DNA of 64,000 nucleotides from an uncultured delta proteobacterium (GTDB lineage Bacteria; Desulfobacterota; RBG-13-43-22). This document shows, piece after piece, positions 31,949 through 42,405 of the stretch (its first letter is position 1; each line of letters begins with the position of its first letter). Position numbers and translations under genes: made by a program. Location: NCBI GenBank assembly GCA_963802945.1, contig CAWDKY010000015.1, positions 288,001 to 352,000 of the forward strand. The letters are read 5' to 3'. The notes below the pieces were generated by a model that was not told where the DNA came from, made no database searches, and was given only the letters and a program-made list of their open reading frames with translations.

Positions 31949-32650
31949 GTGATGAAGACGACATTGATTATAGTTCCGGCTTTTCAGGAAGAAGCCAATA
32001 TCCTTCAAGTCATCGAGGATATCCGAACGCATATTTCAGAAGCGGATATCCTGGTAGTCAACGACGGCTCTATGGATCAAACCTCTCTTTTAGCTCGAAA
32101 GGCAGGAGTCAAGGTGATCGACCATCCCTATAATATGGGGATCGGGGCTGCAATCCAAACGGGATTTAAATATGCCGGTGAACGTAATTATTCAAAGGCC
32201 TTGCAGATTGACGGCGATTATCAACATCCGGCCATGGAAGGGCCCCGGCTGCTTCAGATCCTTACGAAAGAAAAAGCCGATCTGGTGATCGGCTCCCGGT
32301 TTATAGAACAAACTGACTATCGTGGTTCATGGCTCCGGCGAACGGGGAATCGCCTTTTCCAATGGGTGAATGCCCTGGCGGTGGGGCAGAAGATAGTCGA
32401 TAATACTTCAGGGTTCAGGGCCTATTCACATCGGGCCATTCGGCTTTTGTCTCAAACCTATCTGGGAGAGTTTCCTGAACCGGAATCCATCAGCTATCTT
32501 AAAAGTCAAGGTTGTAAGATTATCGAAGTCCCGGTTCAGATGCGGAATCGGCCGGGGGGAAAATCTTCCATAACCCCGCTGAGAAGTGTTTATTACATGG
32601 TCAGGGTTTTGACCTCGATTATTTCCTTTAATCAGCATTCTCGGAGGTGA
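31949..32650 (+). CDS. GT2 polyprenol-phosphate glycosyltransferase (DPM1/PpgS-like)
   Basis: IIVPAFQE, VVNDGS.D, IDGDYQH, VIGSRF, DNTSGFRAY. Confidence 0.85.
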   Translation: MMKTTLIIVPAFQEEANILQVIEDIRTHISEADILVVNDGSMDQTSLLARKAGVKVIDHPYNMGIGAAIQTGFKYAGERNYSKALQIDGDYQHPAMEGPRLLQILTKEKADLVIGSRFIEQTDYRGSWLRRTGNRLFQWVNALAVGQKIVDNTSGFRAYSHRAIRLLSQTYLGEFPEPESISYLKSQGCKIIEVPVQMRNRPGGKSSITPLRSVYYMVRVLTSIISFNQHSRR

Positions 32651-32653
32651 TTC

Positions 32654-33034
32654 ATGAATTTTTTAGCACTGAAAATCAGCACCTTCTTTTTATCGGTATT
32701 TTTATTGGTCTGGATTTTTTCCCTGGTCCGCCGAAGGCTTTTGATGGAAGAATATTCCTTTTTGTGGGTCTGCATCGCCGGGGTTTTTCTGGTCCTCTCC
32801 TTTTTTCACCCGATCATGGACAAGGTCGCTCACTTCCTGGGAATCGAGTATGGTCCTTCGGCCCTCTTTCTGTTTTTTAATGTAATGACCTTATTTATCC
32901 TAATCCATGTTTCCATCCAGCTTTCCGATTATAAGTCCAAGAAAAGGATTCTGGCTCAGGAAATAGCCTTATTACGAGACAAGGTCGAAGAACTTTCCCG
33001 AAAGATGAGCGTTCATGAATCTGCTGACCTTTGA
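32654..33034 (+). CDS. DUF2304 small membrane protein
   Basis: Three TM helices, VRRR.L.EEYS.LW, VA.FLGI, LAQEIALL. Confidence 0.8.
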   Translation: MNFLALKISTFFLSVFLLVWIFSLVRRRLLMEEYSFLWVCIAGVFLVLSFFHPIMDKVAHFLGIEYGPSALFLFFNVMTLFILIHVSIQLSDYKSKKRILAQEIALLRDKVEELSRKMSVHESADL

Positions 33035-33891
33035 TATCGAAGACTGGTACCATGTCAATTATCCCGTTGTTGACTTTACGATCTTTGATCAGCAAGGAAG
33101 ACCATCAAGCGCTTTTTGATAAAATCAGGAAGTTGACGGATTATTTGAACGGCCGGAGCATTCAAGGGACTTTTTTCGTATTGGGCCGTCTTTTGGAAAA
33201 AAGACCCGAGATCGGAGAATGGATTATTGGCCAGGGACAGGAACTGGCCTTACACGGCTTTGAGCATGATTTATTGACCGGGAAAAATCCTGACCAATTC
33301 AAAAGCGAACTGGAAAATTCTCTGCGGGTCTTTCGACAGATCACCGGAAATCATCCCTTGGGTTTTCGAGCCCCCTCCTGGTCTATTAACGAAAAAAATT
33401 GCTGGGTCCTGGAAATCCTAGAATCTTTCGGATTTGCCTACGACACCTCGGTTTTTCCTATTAAGAATTTCCTCTACGGGTTCCCCTCCGCTCCATCGGA
33501 GCCCTTTTTCCCCATCATCCGGGGACGGCAGTTGAAGATTTTAGAAGTCCCGGTTCCCATCCTCAAACTGGGGCCAAGCCGGATTGCCTATTCGGGGGGG
33601 GTTTTTTTTAATTTCTGGCCCTATACGGTGATCCGGAGAATTGTGAATCGACAAAACCGCCAGGGCCAAGCCATCCTTTTTTATTTCCATCCCTGGGATC
33701 TCTGGAAACGCTCTCCACAGCAAAACCGTCAGTTGAAAGCCCGCTGGGTAACCCTTCATCTGGGAGATACCCTACAAAAATTTGAAAAACTCCTGGAGGC
33801 CTATCCGATGGGAAGTTTATCTGCCAATCTCGATGCGCTTAAGGACCAGGCCAAGCCGGTTCGGATAGGAGGACTTCAAAATGAATCCTGA
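33015..33891 (+). CDS. polysaccharide deacetylase (CE4/NodB, DUF3473-type; frameshift near 33095)
   Basis: MNLLTFDIEDWYH in one frame, then TFFVLG, HGFEH, GFRAPSWS, YFHPWD. Confidence 0.85.
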
Positions 33892-35347
33892 GAACGATCG
33901 CTTCTACCTGAAAGCCTTTTATGGGCTATTGCTCTTTCATTTCCTGATCTGGTTTTCTTTGGGTATGGTTTTTGATCTTCACCCCGATACAGCCGACCAT
34001 TGGGTTTGGTCCCGATATCTCTCCTGGGGATATTATGAACACCCGCCCATGGTGGCTTGGGGAATACGCTTCTTCACCATATTTCTGGGCAATACCCAGT
34101 GGGCCGTGGAAATATGTGCCCAGGTTATTACCTTGCTTTCTTTCCTTGGCCTTTTTCTTTTGGCCCAAGAGACTTTTGGGACAAAGGTAGCCTTTTTTAG
34201 CCTCTTGACCTTGGAGGCGACCCCTTTATTTTCTGCAGGAAGCATGATCTTACATATCAATAACTTCTGCGTCCTGTTTTATATTTGGGCGGCCTTGGCT
34301 TTTTTGAAAGGATTTGAGCAGGGAGAAAAAAAATACTACTATTTTACCGGGCTGGCTTTGGGACTGTCTTTAATGTCTAAGGTCTCGGCTATATTCTTTC
34401 CCTTTATCGGTCTTCTCTTTTTGCTGGTTTCCCAGGAAAGAAGAAAGTTGCTCCGGTCGATTCATCTATATTTAGCTCTGTTGTTGGCCCTGGTGATCTT
34501 TTCCCCTTTCATTTACTGGAATATGAATCATGGCTGGATTTCCTTCAAGGCCCAATTAGAAAAAGGACTGATCTTCGGAAGTGGGGATTGGAATTCGGTG
34601 CTCGGTTTTTGGTTCGGACAACCCGTGCTCCTGGGGCCGGTGCTCTTTATCTTTTTTTTAATGGGGCTTTGGTCCGGAATAAAAAAATTTAAGCAGGATC
34701 ATCGTTTTGCTTACCTGGTCCTTTTAACCGTCGTCCCTATACTGGTTTTTGGACTGGCGGCTTTTAGAGGAAAATATTCGGATCCGGTCTGGGCTGACAT
34801 CGGCTGGCCTTTTGGGGCCATTTTAGTCGGCAAATACTTTTCAGACTGGCTTTCAAGAGTTTCATTAAAAAAGGGAATCCTGGTCGGAGGGCTGGTATTC
34901 CTGATCGGATGGCTGCCCATAGGTCTGGTGGCCGTTCACGCTTTTTATCCTTTTATCGATCTTGGAAATCTGGGCGATCGCACCCTGGAGATGAGAGGAT
35001 GGCGTGAGTTGGGGGAAGCGGTGGGAAAAGAATACCAGCACTATTTCCCGAGCCAGAAAAAGGTCTACATCCTTGCTGATGACTACCAACTGGCCAGTGC
35101 TGTCTCCTTTTACACCCCACAGCAACCCATCCCCTATTCTTTTGGGAAATCGAAAAGGAACATTTGGGTCACGGTAGAAGAAATAGAGCAAAACGGGGCT
35201 CTACTCGTTTGTGAACCCAAAACTTGTGAAAGGGACCAGGGAAAAACCAGAATCCTTTTTGAAAAAATTGAGTTTGTTTCCGAAGTGCCGATTTATAGAC
35301 AAGGGCAAGTGGCAAAAAAGTTCAAGCTTTACTATTGTTCCAATTAG
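33881..35347 (+). CDS. ArnT/PMT-like GT-C glycosyltransferase
   Basis: HPD...W.WS..L.WGY.EHPPM, multiple TM helices, GL..MSK, P..YWN..HGW.SF. Confidence 0.85.
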   Translation: MNPENDRFYLKAFYGLLLFHFLIWFSLGMVFDLHPDTADHWVWSRYLSWGYYEHPPMVAWGIRFFTIFLGNTQWAVEICAQVITLLSFLGLFLLAQETFGTKVAFFSLLTLEATPLFSAGSMILHINNFCVLFYIWAALAFLKGFEQGEKKYYYFTGLALGLSLMSKVSAIFFPFIGLLFLLVSQERRKLLRSIHLYLALLLALVIFSPFIYWNMNHGWISFKAQLEKGLIFGSGDWNSVLGFWFGQPVLLGPVLFIFFLMGLWSGIKKFKQDHRFAYLVLLTVVPILVFGLAAFRGKYSDPVWADIGWPFGAILVGKYFSDWLSRVSLKKGILVGGLVFLIGWLPIGLVAVHAFYPFIDLGNLGDRTLEMRGWRELGEAVGKEYQHYFPSQKKVYILADDYQLASAVSFYTPQQPIPYSFGKSKRNIWVTVEEIEQNGALLVCEPKTCERDQGKTRILFEKIEFVSEVPIYRQGQVAKKFKLYYCSN

Positions 35348-35351
35348 GCCG

Positions 35352-36524
35352 ATGCGAATCATTTCCAGATATATTTTTAAAGAAATCCTGACCCCCTTTG
35401 GGGTTACCCTTCTGGTTTTCACCTTGATTTTTCTGCTCGGTAATTTGATGCAGTTGATTGAGATGATCGTCCAGAAAGGGGTGGGGCTTGGGGATATTTT
35501 CCGGTTACTGGGTTACACCCTTCCCTTTCTCTTTGTCTATATTATACCCATGACTTTTTTTATTTCCATCCTCTTGGGATTCTTAAGATTGTCCAGCGAC
35601 AACGAAGTAACCGCCCTAAAGGCCTCGGGGATAGGGTTTTTCCAGTTTCTACCGCCGGTATTGATTTTGAGTGTGGCCTGTTATGCCTTGACCAGTTTTA
35701 CGGCCATGGTGGCCCAACCCTGGGGAGAATACTCTCTGAAAAACTTGATCTTTAATATTGCCGTGGTTCAGGCCAAGGTGACCTTAAAAGAACGGGTGTT
35801 TAACGATCAGTTTAAGGACTTGGTTTTTTATATTCAAAAGGTGAGCTCCGAAGGTGAAATGGAGGATGTCTTTATCTTCGATCAGCGCCAGAAAGATGTC
35901 CCCCAAACCATCGTGGCCAAGAAGGGCTGGTTGATTCCCAATCCCCGGGATCGGTCTCTCAACCTGAGGCTGGAAAACGGAACCATTTATAATGTTTCCC
36001 TCGGTTCCAAGAGTGCTCAAAATATCAATTTTAAAACCTACAACCTGATATTGCCCTTAGAGCAGATGTTGTCGACCCAGGGGAAAAGGGAAAAATCAGA
36101 GACCGAATTATATCCTCTCGAACTAAAAGAAAAAATCCGTCAAACTTCACCGGGGGAAAAAAAATATTACATTTATCAAATAGAATACTACAAAAAATTC
36201 AGTCTTCCATTCTCCTGTCTCGTCTTTGGTATGATCGCCTTCCCTTTAGGACTGCAATCTCGGCTGGCCGGAAGGTCCTGGGCCGTGGTTTTTGGGGGGA
36301 TTGTTTTTTTCATATATTACCTGATTCTGTCTTTGGCCTTCGGCTTGGGGGAAAAAGGGAGCTTAAGCCCTCTGATTGGTTTATGGCTTCCTAATGTGAT
36401 TGTGGGGGTCATGGGAGGATATTTATTCTGGGTTACCTGGAAAGAAAAAGAAATCAGGTGGCTGACCGGGCTGAACAACTTTCTGGAATGGGTAAAAGAG
36501 GCCATGAAAAAAGGAAATCAGTAG
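35352..36524 (+). CDS. lptF: LPS export permease LptF
   Basis: IISRYIFKE, RLSSDNEVTALKASGI, WLPN; ATG at 35352. Confidence 0.88.
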   Translation: MRIISRYIFKEILTPFGVTLLVFTLIFLLGNLMQLIEMIVQKGVGLGDIFRLLGYTLPFLFVYIIPMTFFISILLGFLRLSSDNEVTALKASGIGFFQFLPPVLILSVACYALTSFTAMVAQPWGEYSLKNLIFNIAVVQAKVTLKERVFNDQFKDLVFYIQKVSSEGEMEDVFIFDQRQKDVPQTIVAKKGWLIPNPRDRSLNLRLENGTIYNVSLGSKSAQNINFKTYNLILPLEQMLSTQGKREKSETELYPLELKEKIRQTSPGEKKYYIYQIEYYKKFSLPFSCLVFGMIAFPLGLQSRLAGRSWAVVFGGIVFFIYYLILSLAFGLGEKGSLSPLIGLWLPNVIVGVMGGYLFWVTWKEKEIRWLTGLNNFLEWVKEAMKKGNQ

Positions 36525-36527
36525 ACT

Positions 36528-37616
36528 GTGAAGATGTCCGGGACAAAACGATGGTTGTTTCCTCTAAGCCGATTGGCTGCCGGTTTATACGGATTTGGGG
36601 TTCGGCTTCGTCTTTGGCTGTATGGTTCGCATCTTTTGCCGATCCGACGCCTACCATTAAAGGTGATCAGTATCGGAAATCTGGCGGCCGGTGGAACTGG
36701 GAAAACGCCCCATGCCGCTCTAGTGGCCAACTATTTTAAAAAAAAGGGGATTAAAACAGCGGTCTTAAGCCGCGGCTACCGTGGGACAAAGATGAAACAA
36801 GGGGCGATTATCTCCGATGGCATTTCTATATCCGGTACCCTCGAAGAAGGCGGGGAAGAACCTTTTTGGCTGGCCCAAAAACTCACAGGAATCCCTGTGG
36901 TAGTGGGGAAAGATCGTTATCGATCAGGATTGCTTTGTTTTCAGAAATGGCAAACTGAATGGGTGGTTTTGGATGATGGTTTTCAACACCTCAGTCTGGA
37001 GCGGGAAATTGATATTTTGCTTCTACCGGGTCATCTGCCCTTTGATTCCGAAAGGCTCCTGCCCTTGGGATTTCTCCGGGAACCGATCAAAGAAATGCGC
37101 AGGGCCGATATGGTTTTAATCACCCATGCGGAAAGGCTTAATTTTTCCCAACGGGAGGAGGTGGCCAAAGAAATTCGTTCCCGGATTCCTTCCACCCCGA
37201 TTTTTTTCTCCGAACACAAACCGATGTCCCTCTGGTTTTATTCAAATAAAAAAGAGGTTCCTCTTTCATGGTTGGCCGGGAAACAGGTGGTCGGTTTTTG
37301 CGGCCTGGCCGACCCTGAATCCCTGGCCTTCAGTTTGAAACAAATCGGGGCGGATATGGTCAAGCTGGTCGAATTTCCGGATCATCACTTTTACCGGGAA
37401 AAAGATAAAAGATCCTTGGAAACCTTAAGCCGGTCCTTAAAGATCAACTTTCTGGTCACTACCGAGAAGGATGCTTTGAAGTTGGGGAAATGGGAAACGG
37501 CTGATTTGCATATCTTGGTATTAGGGATTGAAGCCGAAGTCTTGGATAGGGGTTTTTGGGAATTACTGGATCAGAATATAAGGCAAGCGGCAAGGGGTTC
37601 ACAGCATGAGGCTTAA
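36528..37616 (+). CDS. lpxK: tetraacyldisaccharide 4'-kinase
   Basis: ISIGNL..GGTGKTP, LSRGY, LDDGFQH, LLPLG.LRE, FPDHH, TTEKD. Confidence 0.95.
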   Translation: MKMSGTKRWLFPLSRLAAGLYGFGVRLRLWLYGSHLLPIRRLPLKVISIGNLAAGGTGKTPHAALVANYFKKKGIKTAVLSRGYRGTKMKQGAIISDGISISGTLEEGGEEPFWLAQKLTGIPVVVGKDRYRSGLLCFQKWQTEWVVLDDGFQHLSLEREIDILLLPGHLPFDSERLLPLGFLREPIKEMRRADMVLITHAERLNFSQREEVAKEIRSRIPSTPIFFSEHKPMSLWFYSNKKEVPLSWLAGKQVVGFCGLADPESLAFSLKQIGADMVKLVEFPDHHFYREKDKRSLETLSRSLKINFLVTTEKDALKLGKWETADLHILVLGIEAEVLDRGFWELLDQNIRQAARGSQHEA

Positions 37617-38706
37617 GGAATCCATTAGGGGGCTGGACAAGATTCTAATAAGGTCTCCCAATTGGGTGGGCGATGCCCTGTTGATTACACCAGCAGTTCA
37701 TCGTCTTAGAACTTATTTTCCCAAGGCTCATATCACCGTCTTGGCCAAGCCCTGGGTAAACCCTGTATTTACGGCCAGTCCTGATGTGGACCAAGTGATT
37801 CTATACCAAAAACCAGGTGTTCATCAGGGGATAGGTGGCCAGTGGCGGTTGGCGCAGGAATTAAAAAAATCAGGATTTGAGGTGGTAATCCATTTCCCTC
37901 ATTCTTTTGAAGCGGCCTGGATATCTTTTTTAAGTCATATTCCTATTAGGATCGGTTATGCCACGGAAGGGCGGGGCTTATTATTGTCCAACCGTCTTCG
38001 ATCCACTCCAGTAAGACAAAAGGAGCATCAAGTCCCCTTCTTTTTCCACCTCCTGGAGCCCCTGGGAATCCGGGAAGATCCTTCCATAGAAAAAAATCCT
38101 TTGGGTCTGAATGTCGATCAAAAAAGCCTTCAACAGGCCGAGGCTCGATTAGCTGCCCTGGGGATCGGCCCCTCTGATTTTTTAGTGGGTCTGGCCCCCG
38201 GGGCTGTTTATGGCTCAGCCAAGTGTTGGCCTTTTGCCCGCTTTGCTCAATTAGCCGAACGTCTAAAGAAGGAGTGGCAGGCCGAAGTGCTCTTTCTGGG
38301 AACGGATGACGACACCCTATCCGGAACTATGTTAGAAAGTAACCATTATTATAACCTGTTGGGGAAGACTACTCTGGGAGAGGCTTTGGCCTTGATAAAG
38401 AGATGTCGAGTGATGATCTGCAATGATTCGGGATTGATGCACGCTGCCTCTGCCCTGAATATTCCTTTAGTGGCCCTTTTCGGTTCAACCGATCTTCATC
38501 GAACCGGTCCCTGGGGGAGGATCAACAGGGTGATAAAAAAAGATTTTGTTTGCAGTCCCTGTCTCAAAAAAGTTTGCCCAAAAACTCCAACCTGCATGGA
38601 AGCCATATCAGTTGATGAGGTTTGGGAAACCTTATTAAGTTTGAAAGGACAGGGTGTTTTGAAAGAAATACCGGAGGATTTAAGCAGCGATACAGCTGTT
38701 CTATAA
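37606..38706 (+). CDS. waaF: LPS heptosyltransferase II
   Basis: PNWVGD, PGAVYGSAKCWP, NDSGLMH.A, LFGST. Confidence 0.88.
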   Translation: MRLKESIRGLDKILIRSPNWVGDALLITPAVHRLRTYFPKAHITVLAKPWVNPVFTASPDVDQVILYQKPGVHQGIGGQWRLAQELKKSGFEVVIHFPHSFEAAWISFLSHIPIRIGYATEGRGLLLSNRLRSTPVRQKEHQVPFFFHLLEPLGIREDPSIEKNPLGLNVDQKSLQQAEARLAALGIGPSDFLVGLAPGAVYGSAKCWPFARFAQLAERLKKEWQAEVLFLGTDDDTLSGTMLESNHYYNLLGKTTLGEALALIKRCRVMICNDSGLMHAASALNIPLVALFGSTDLHRTGPWGRINRVIKKDFVCSPCLKKVCPKTPTCMEAISVDEVWETLLSLKGQGVLKEIPEDLSSDTAVL

Positions 38707-38723
38707 AAGTATTGGAAAACCTT

Positions 38724-39689
38724 ATGGCTCAATATGATATTTCGCCACGTTCTTTAGTCTCAAAAATAAATCCTTCCGATCGGATTGCCTTCCTTACCTC
38801 CCATCGTCTGGGAGATACCTTACTGGGGATGATCGTTGTTAATAATTTGCGTCGCGAGGGATTGACTGTGGAGGTTTTTAGTCAGGTTGTTTTTGAGTTG
38901 AAAGAATGGTTCCCCGGAGTTAGTGTTTTCCCATTTTCTGAATTCAAAAATAGAGCCTCGACCTATCAACATATTTGGTTTGAACGCCCTAATCGATGGA
39001 TTAAAAAAGCCCCCTGTCCTCAGGCTAAATCCAATGTAGTGTTGAAAGAGTCACCACTCTATCGCTTGGCCTTACCGATGAGTACTATCTTTCAATTAAT
39101 TTGTCAGTATGAACTGGGAATTTCTCATCCGGTTTTGGAAAACGGACTGGTTATTCCTGCTTCGGCCAGGGAGACAAAAGACTCCAATAAAATTATTATA
39201 CATCCAACGAGCAGCAGTTGGATAAAAAATTGGAAAATAAAAGGCTTTATTCAAGTAGGACGGCTTTTGTGGGACCAAGGTTTTAACCCCGAGTTTATCG
39301 TCGATTCTCAGGAGATTAAGGTCGCCCTTCAATTGCGTGAAGCCGGGATGATTTGTTTTACTCATTCAGACCTTGTTGCTGTAGCCAGGCATTTGGGTAC
39401 TGGTTCCTGTTTTATAGGTAATGATTCGGGTCTTGGGCAGTTAGCTTCTAATGTAGGTACGCCGACCATCACGCTTTTTACCTTGCCTCGTAGAGCCATG
39501 CGATGGCAACCCTGCTGGGCACCGGCCATGGCTGTCTTGCCCGCCCTACCGGAAAAAATTCCTGAATTATTGCAGCATATCATCTGGAAACGTTGGATTA
39601 CACCTAAAGAAGTGTTTGACACCTTTCAAAACTTCAGAAAGACCGTAAAAGAAGGCAGGAAGGGTCTTGGGATCTCCGATGTCTTATAG
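38724..39689 (+). CDS. divergent GT9 glycosyltransferase
   Basis: LGDTL, IHPTSS...KNW, FIGNDSGLG.LAS. Confidence 0.75.
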   Translation: MAQYDISPRSLVSKINPSDRIAFLTSHRLGDTLLGMIVVNNLRREGLTVEVFSQVVFELKEWFPGVSVFPFSEFKNRASTYQHIWFERPNRWIKKAPCPQAKSNVVLKESPLYRLALPMSTIFQLICQYELGISHPVLENGLVIPASARETKDSNKIIIHPTSSSWIKNWKIKGFIQVGRLLWDQGFNPEFIVDSQEIKVALQLREAGMICFTHSDLVAVARHLGTGSCFIGNDSGLGQLASNVGTPTITLFTLPRRAMRWQPCWAPAMAVLPALPEKIPELLQHIIWKRWITPKEVFDTFQNFRKTVKEGRKGLGISDVL

Positions 39690-40779
39690 ACAGGTCAGTC
39701 AGGCTGGAAAATACATTGAAACCCACCAAATTGAACGGATACTTGTCATCAAGTTGACTTCGCTCGGGGATGTGGTTCATGCCTTACCGGTGGCCGCCGC
39801 ATTAAAGAGGACCTTCCCTTTTATCAAGCTTTATTGGGTGGTCGAAGATCGATGTGCCCCTTTATTGGAAAACCATCCTCTTTTGGATTCGGTCATTGTC
39901 TATCCCCGGCAGGAAATCCAAGGATTGATCTCGGAAAGAAAATGGGGTCAGGTCCTAAAAATATTTAAAAATCTCAGGCGGTCTCTAAGGGATTTGAATA
40001 TTGATCTTTCCATTGATCTGCAAGGCTTGGCCAAATCGGGATTAATGGTCTTGATGGCCTGGGCACCCTATCGGATCGGTTGTTTTGGACTTAAGGAAAT
40101 CAGTTATTTGGTATCAAAAAGCCTGCCGGAGGGGCGAGACCTCCACGCCGTGGATCGAAACTTGAAGGTGGCTGAATTCTTAGGGGCCGAGATTGAGGCC
40201 CCCAAATGCGTCATCAGTATTCAGGAAGATGAAAAGAACTGGGCCAAAGCCTTTTTAGGAAAATGCGAGGTGTCTGAAAAGGAGGTGCTTATCGGGCTTC
40301 AAATCGGGGCCTCATTTCCACAAAAGAGATGGCCTATCCTTAAGACAATAGCCTTTATTGAACAGGTCTCCCAAATCCAAAATGTCCGGGTCATCCTTTT
40401 TGGAGATCAAACCGATCAGGAAAGGCTGCTTCCTCATCTTTCTAAGATTCCTCCAAAAGTGATCAATACCGTCGGAGACCTTTCTTTACGCCGATTATTG
40501 GTCTTGATTGAGCACTGCCGGCTGTTTGTCGGGGCAGACACCGGGCCTCTTCACCTGGCCGTCGGCCTGGGACTGCCGGTCATTGCCCTGTATGGGCCCG
40601 ATGACCCCAAAAAGACCGGACCATACGGGCTTATTCACCGGCTCCATTATAAAAAGTTTCCCTGTAGTCCTTGTAATAAAACCCCGTCCTGTCAGGGCCG
40701 TTATGACTGCATGGAAGCCATTGAGGTCGATGAGGTTTTGGATTCCGTTCAGGCCTTTTTGGAAAGTTCGGGTCGTTGA
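39679..40779 (+). CDS. waaC: GT9 heptosyltransferase (WaaC-like)
   Basis: IKLTSLGDVVHALP, DLQGL.KS, DTGPLHLA, LYGP. Confidence 0.75.
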   Translation: MSYRQVSQAGKYIETHQIERILVIKLTSLGDVVHALPVAAALKRTFPFIKLYWVVEDRCAPLLENHPLLDSVIVYPRQEIQGLISERKWGQVLKIFKNLRRSLRDLNIDLSIDLQGLAKSGLMVLMAWAPYRIGCFGLKEISYLVSKSLPEGRDLHAVDRNLKVAEFLGAEIEAPKCVISIQEDEKNWAKAFLGKCEVSEKEVLIGLQIGASFPQKRWPILKTIAFIEQVSQIQNVRVILFGDQTDQERLLPHLSKIPPKVINTVGDLSLRRLLVLIEHCRLFVGADTGPLHLAVGLGLPVIALYGPDDPKKTGPYGLIHRLHYKKFPCSPCNKTPSCQGRYDCMEAIEVDEVLDSVQAFLESSGR

Positions 40780-40864
40780 ATTGAGAGTTTAAAGAAAAAT
40801 ATTTTTTCAAATGGAATTTTCTTTTCGCCGGGGACTTGGGATGGATTGGAAAAGGAGAGAATAA

Positions 40865-41110
40865 ATACCCTCGACAATCCAAGAAGAACTGAAACCCCTT
40901 TTTGAACCTGAATCCATAGCAGTTATTGGAGCCTCAACTGCCTCCAATAAATGGGATAATTGGATGGTGACCAGACCGATCCATGCCGGTTCCCGTGGCC
41001 GGATATTTCCGGTTAATCCAAAAGAAGAGGAGGTATTCGGCCTCAAAGCTTTTCCATATATTGGACCTGAAAGTTTAGTATTCAACATCGGGATGCGCTT
41101 TCCTCTCTGA
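40865..41110 (+). pseudogene. remnant of an NDP-forming acyl-CoA synthetase CoA-binding domain
   Basis: Manual translation LKPLFEPESIAVIGAS...IFPVNPK..EVFGLKAFP; ATA where a start codon is expected after AAGGAG; only 81 codons. Confidence 0.75.
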
Positions 41111-41183
41111 TTTCAAAACAACGGGAAGACTCCTAAAAGTCTGATTTTAACCAAAAGAAAGGATTTGGGAAGGAGGTATGATT

Positions 41184-41363
41184 ATGGTGATCAGTCAAGA
41201 ACTTTTGGAAATCCTGGCTTGCCCCAAGTGCAAAGGGGATATTCATTTAAATGAAACCAAAGACGGCTTGATCTGTGAAAAATGCCGGCTGATCTATGAA
41301 ATCAAAGACGATATTCCGATCATGTTAATTGAAGAGGCCAAACCCTATAACCACGATCCATGA
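41184..41363 (+). CDS. Trm112/YcaR family protein
   Basis: LLEILACPKCKG...LIC..C...Y.I.DDIPIML..EA. Confidence 0.9.
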   Translation: MVISQELLEILACPKCKGDIHLNETKDGLICEKCRLIYEIKDDIPIMLIEEAKPYNHDP

Positions 41364-41544
41364 TATAAATGGCCCCTGGTTCTTTCCATAGCTGGTCAAG
41401 GATTTGTATGTTGTGAACTTTTTCATGAGTAAATAAAATCAAGGTTGGGGTTCAGGGTGGCCATTTTGAAGTGCGCCCAGGTCCTCAGCCTGCAGGACCA
41501 CAACTTTGTCCGTAAAGACCAAGGAAGCTAACGAGTAAGGAAAT

Positions 41545-42405
41545 CTAGGGCTTCCACCTGCGGTGGATCCAGGTCCACTGTGAAGGATGTTTCCGTACGA
41601 AGGCTTCTATTAAATCGTTGTATTTTTGAGTATTGGTGAGGATGGTTTCCTCGGCGTCGCCTAGAATATCAAGAGGTATTTCTTCCGAGACTTCTATCTG
41701 GTGGCAATAATTCTCGTCCCGGTAGTTGTAAGCTATGACAATTGGAGTGTCTGTCTTCATGGCGATGAGAGCAGGTGCTCTCATCGTATAACAGGGAAGT
41801 CCAAAAAAATTTGCCTTTATTCCTTGATGCCCGCCTACGTGCTGATCAAAAGCAATCCCTATGACTTCATTTTTCTTTAGTAACCTTAAAATACTAAAAA
41901 TAGATTTTGTATCTGGTAAAAATTTAACACCTTTGTCTTCCCTGATTTTCTGCCAATATAGATTTACGGTCTTATGCGTAGCTTGCCTGGTAATAATATG
42001 AGCCCCTACGTTATATAACGCCTGTCCAGTACTTAAATAATCCCAGTTTCCGTAATGCCCGACAAGGACCATGAGCCCTTTACCTTTCAAGAGCGCTTTT
42101 TTAGCGTTCTCCAGGTTCTTTATTTTTATTTTGGTTTTTAATTTTTCATTTGATTCTTTAGGTAATCTCAAAAACTCGGCCATACATGTGCCGTAATGGA
42201 CGAAGTTGTCTTTAGCAATCTTATATATCTCATCCTCATTTTTTTCTTCTTTAAACGATTTTTTTAGATTGGCTATGACTAGTTTTCTTCTAAAGCGTAT
42301 AATATAAAACCAAAATAAACCGAACCCCCTACCGATCTTAAGAGCTAAGCTTTCAGGGAATATATTAAAAAAATTGATAAATAATTTAATTAAAAATATG
42401 GACAT
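41545..42405 (-). CDS. lipid A late acyltransferase (LpxL/HtrB family)
   Basis: GHYGNWD, DQH, FFG, P.QWTW.HRRWK; visibly AT-rich. Confidence 0.88.
   Translation of the reverse strand: MSIFLIKLFINFFNIFPESLALKIGRGFGLFWFYIIRFRRKLVIANLKKSFKEEKNEDEIYKIAKDNFVHYGTCMAEFLRLPKESNEKLKTKIKIKNLENAKKALLKGKGLMVLVGHYGNWDYLSTGQALYNVGAHIITRQATHKTVNLYWQKIREDKGVKFLPDTKSIFSILRLLKKNEVIGIAFDQHVGGHQGIKANFFGLPCYTMRAPALIAMKTDTPIVIAYNYRDENYCHQIEVSEEIPLDILGDAEETILTNTQKYNDLIEAFVRKHPSQWTWIHRRWKP

Noticed and set aside
41464-41480. TTTTGAAGTGCGCCCAG as the second IS end flanking lpxL
   Set aside because: Lacks the terminal CTACC and has the same orientation as 42608-42625; too weak
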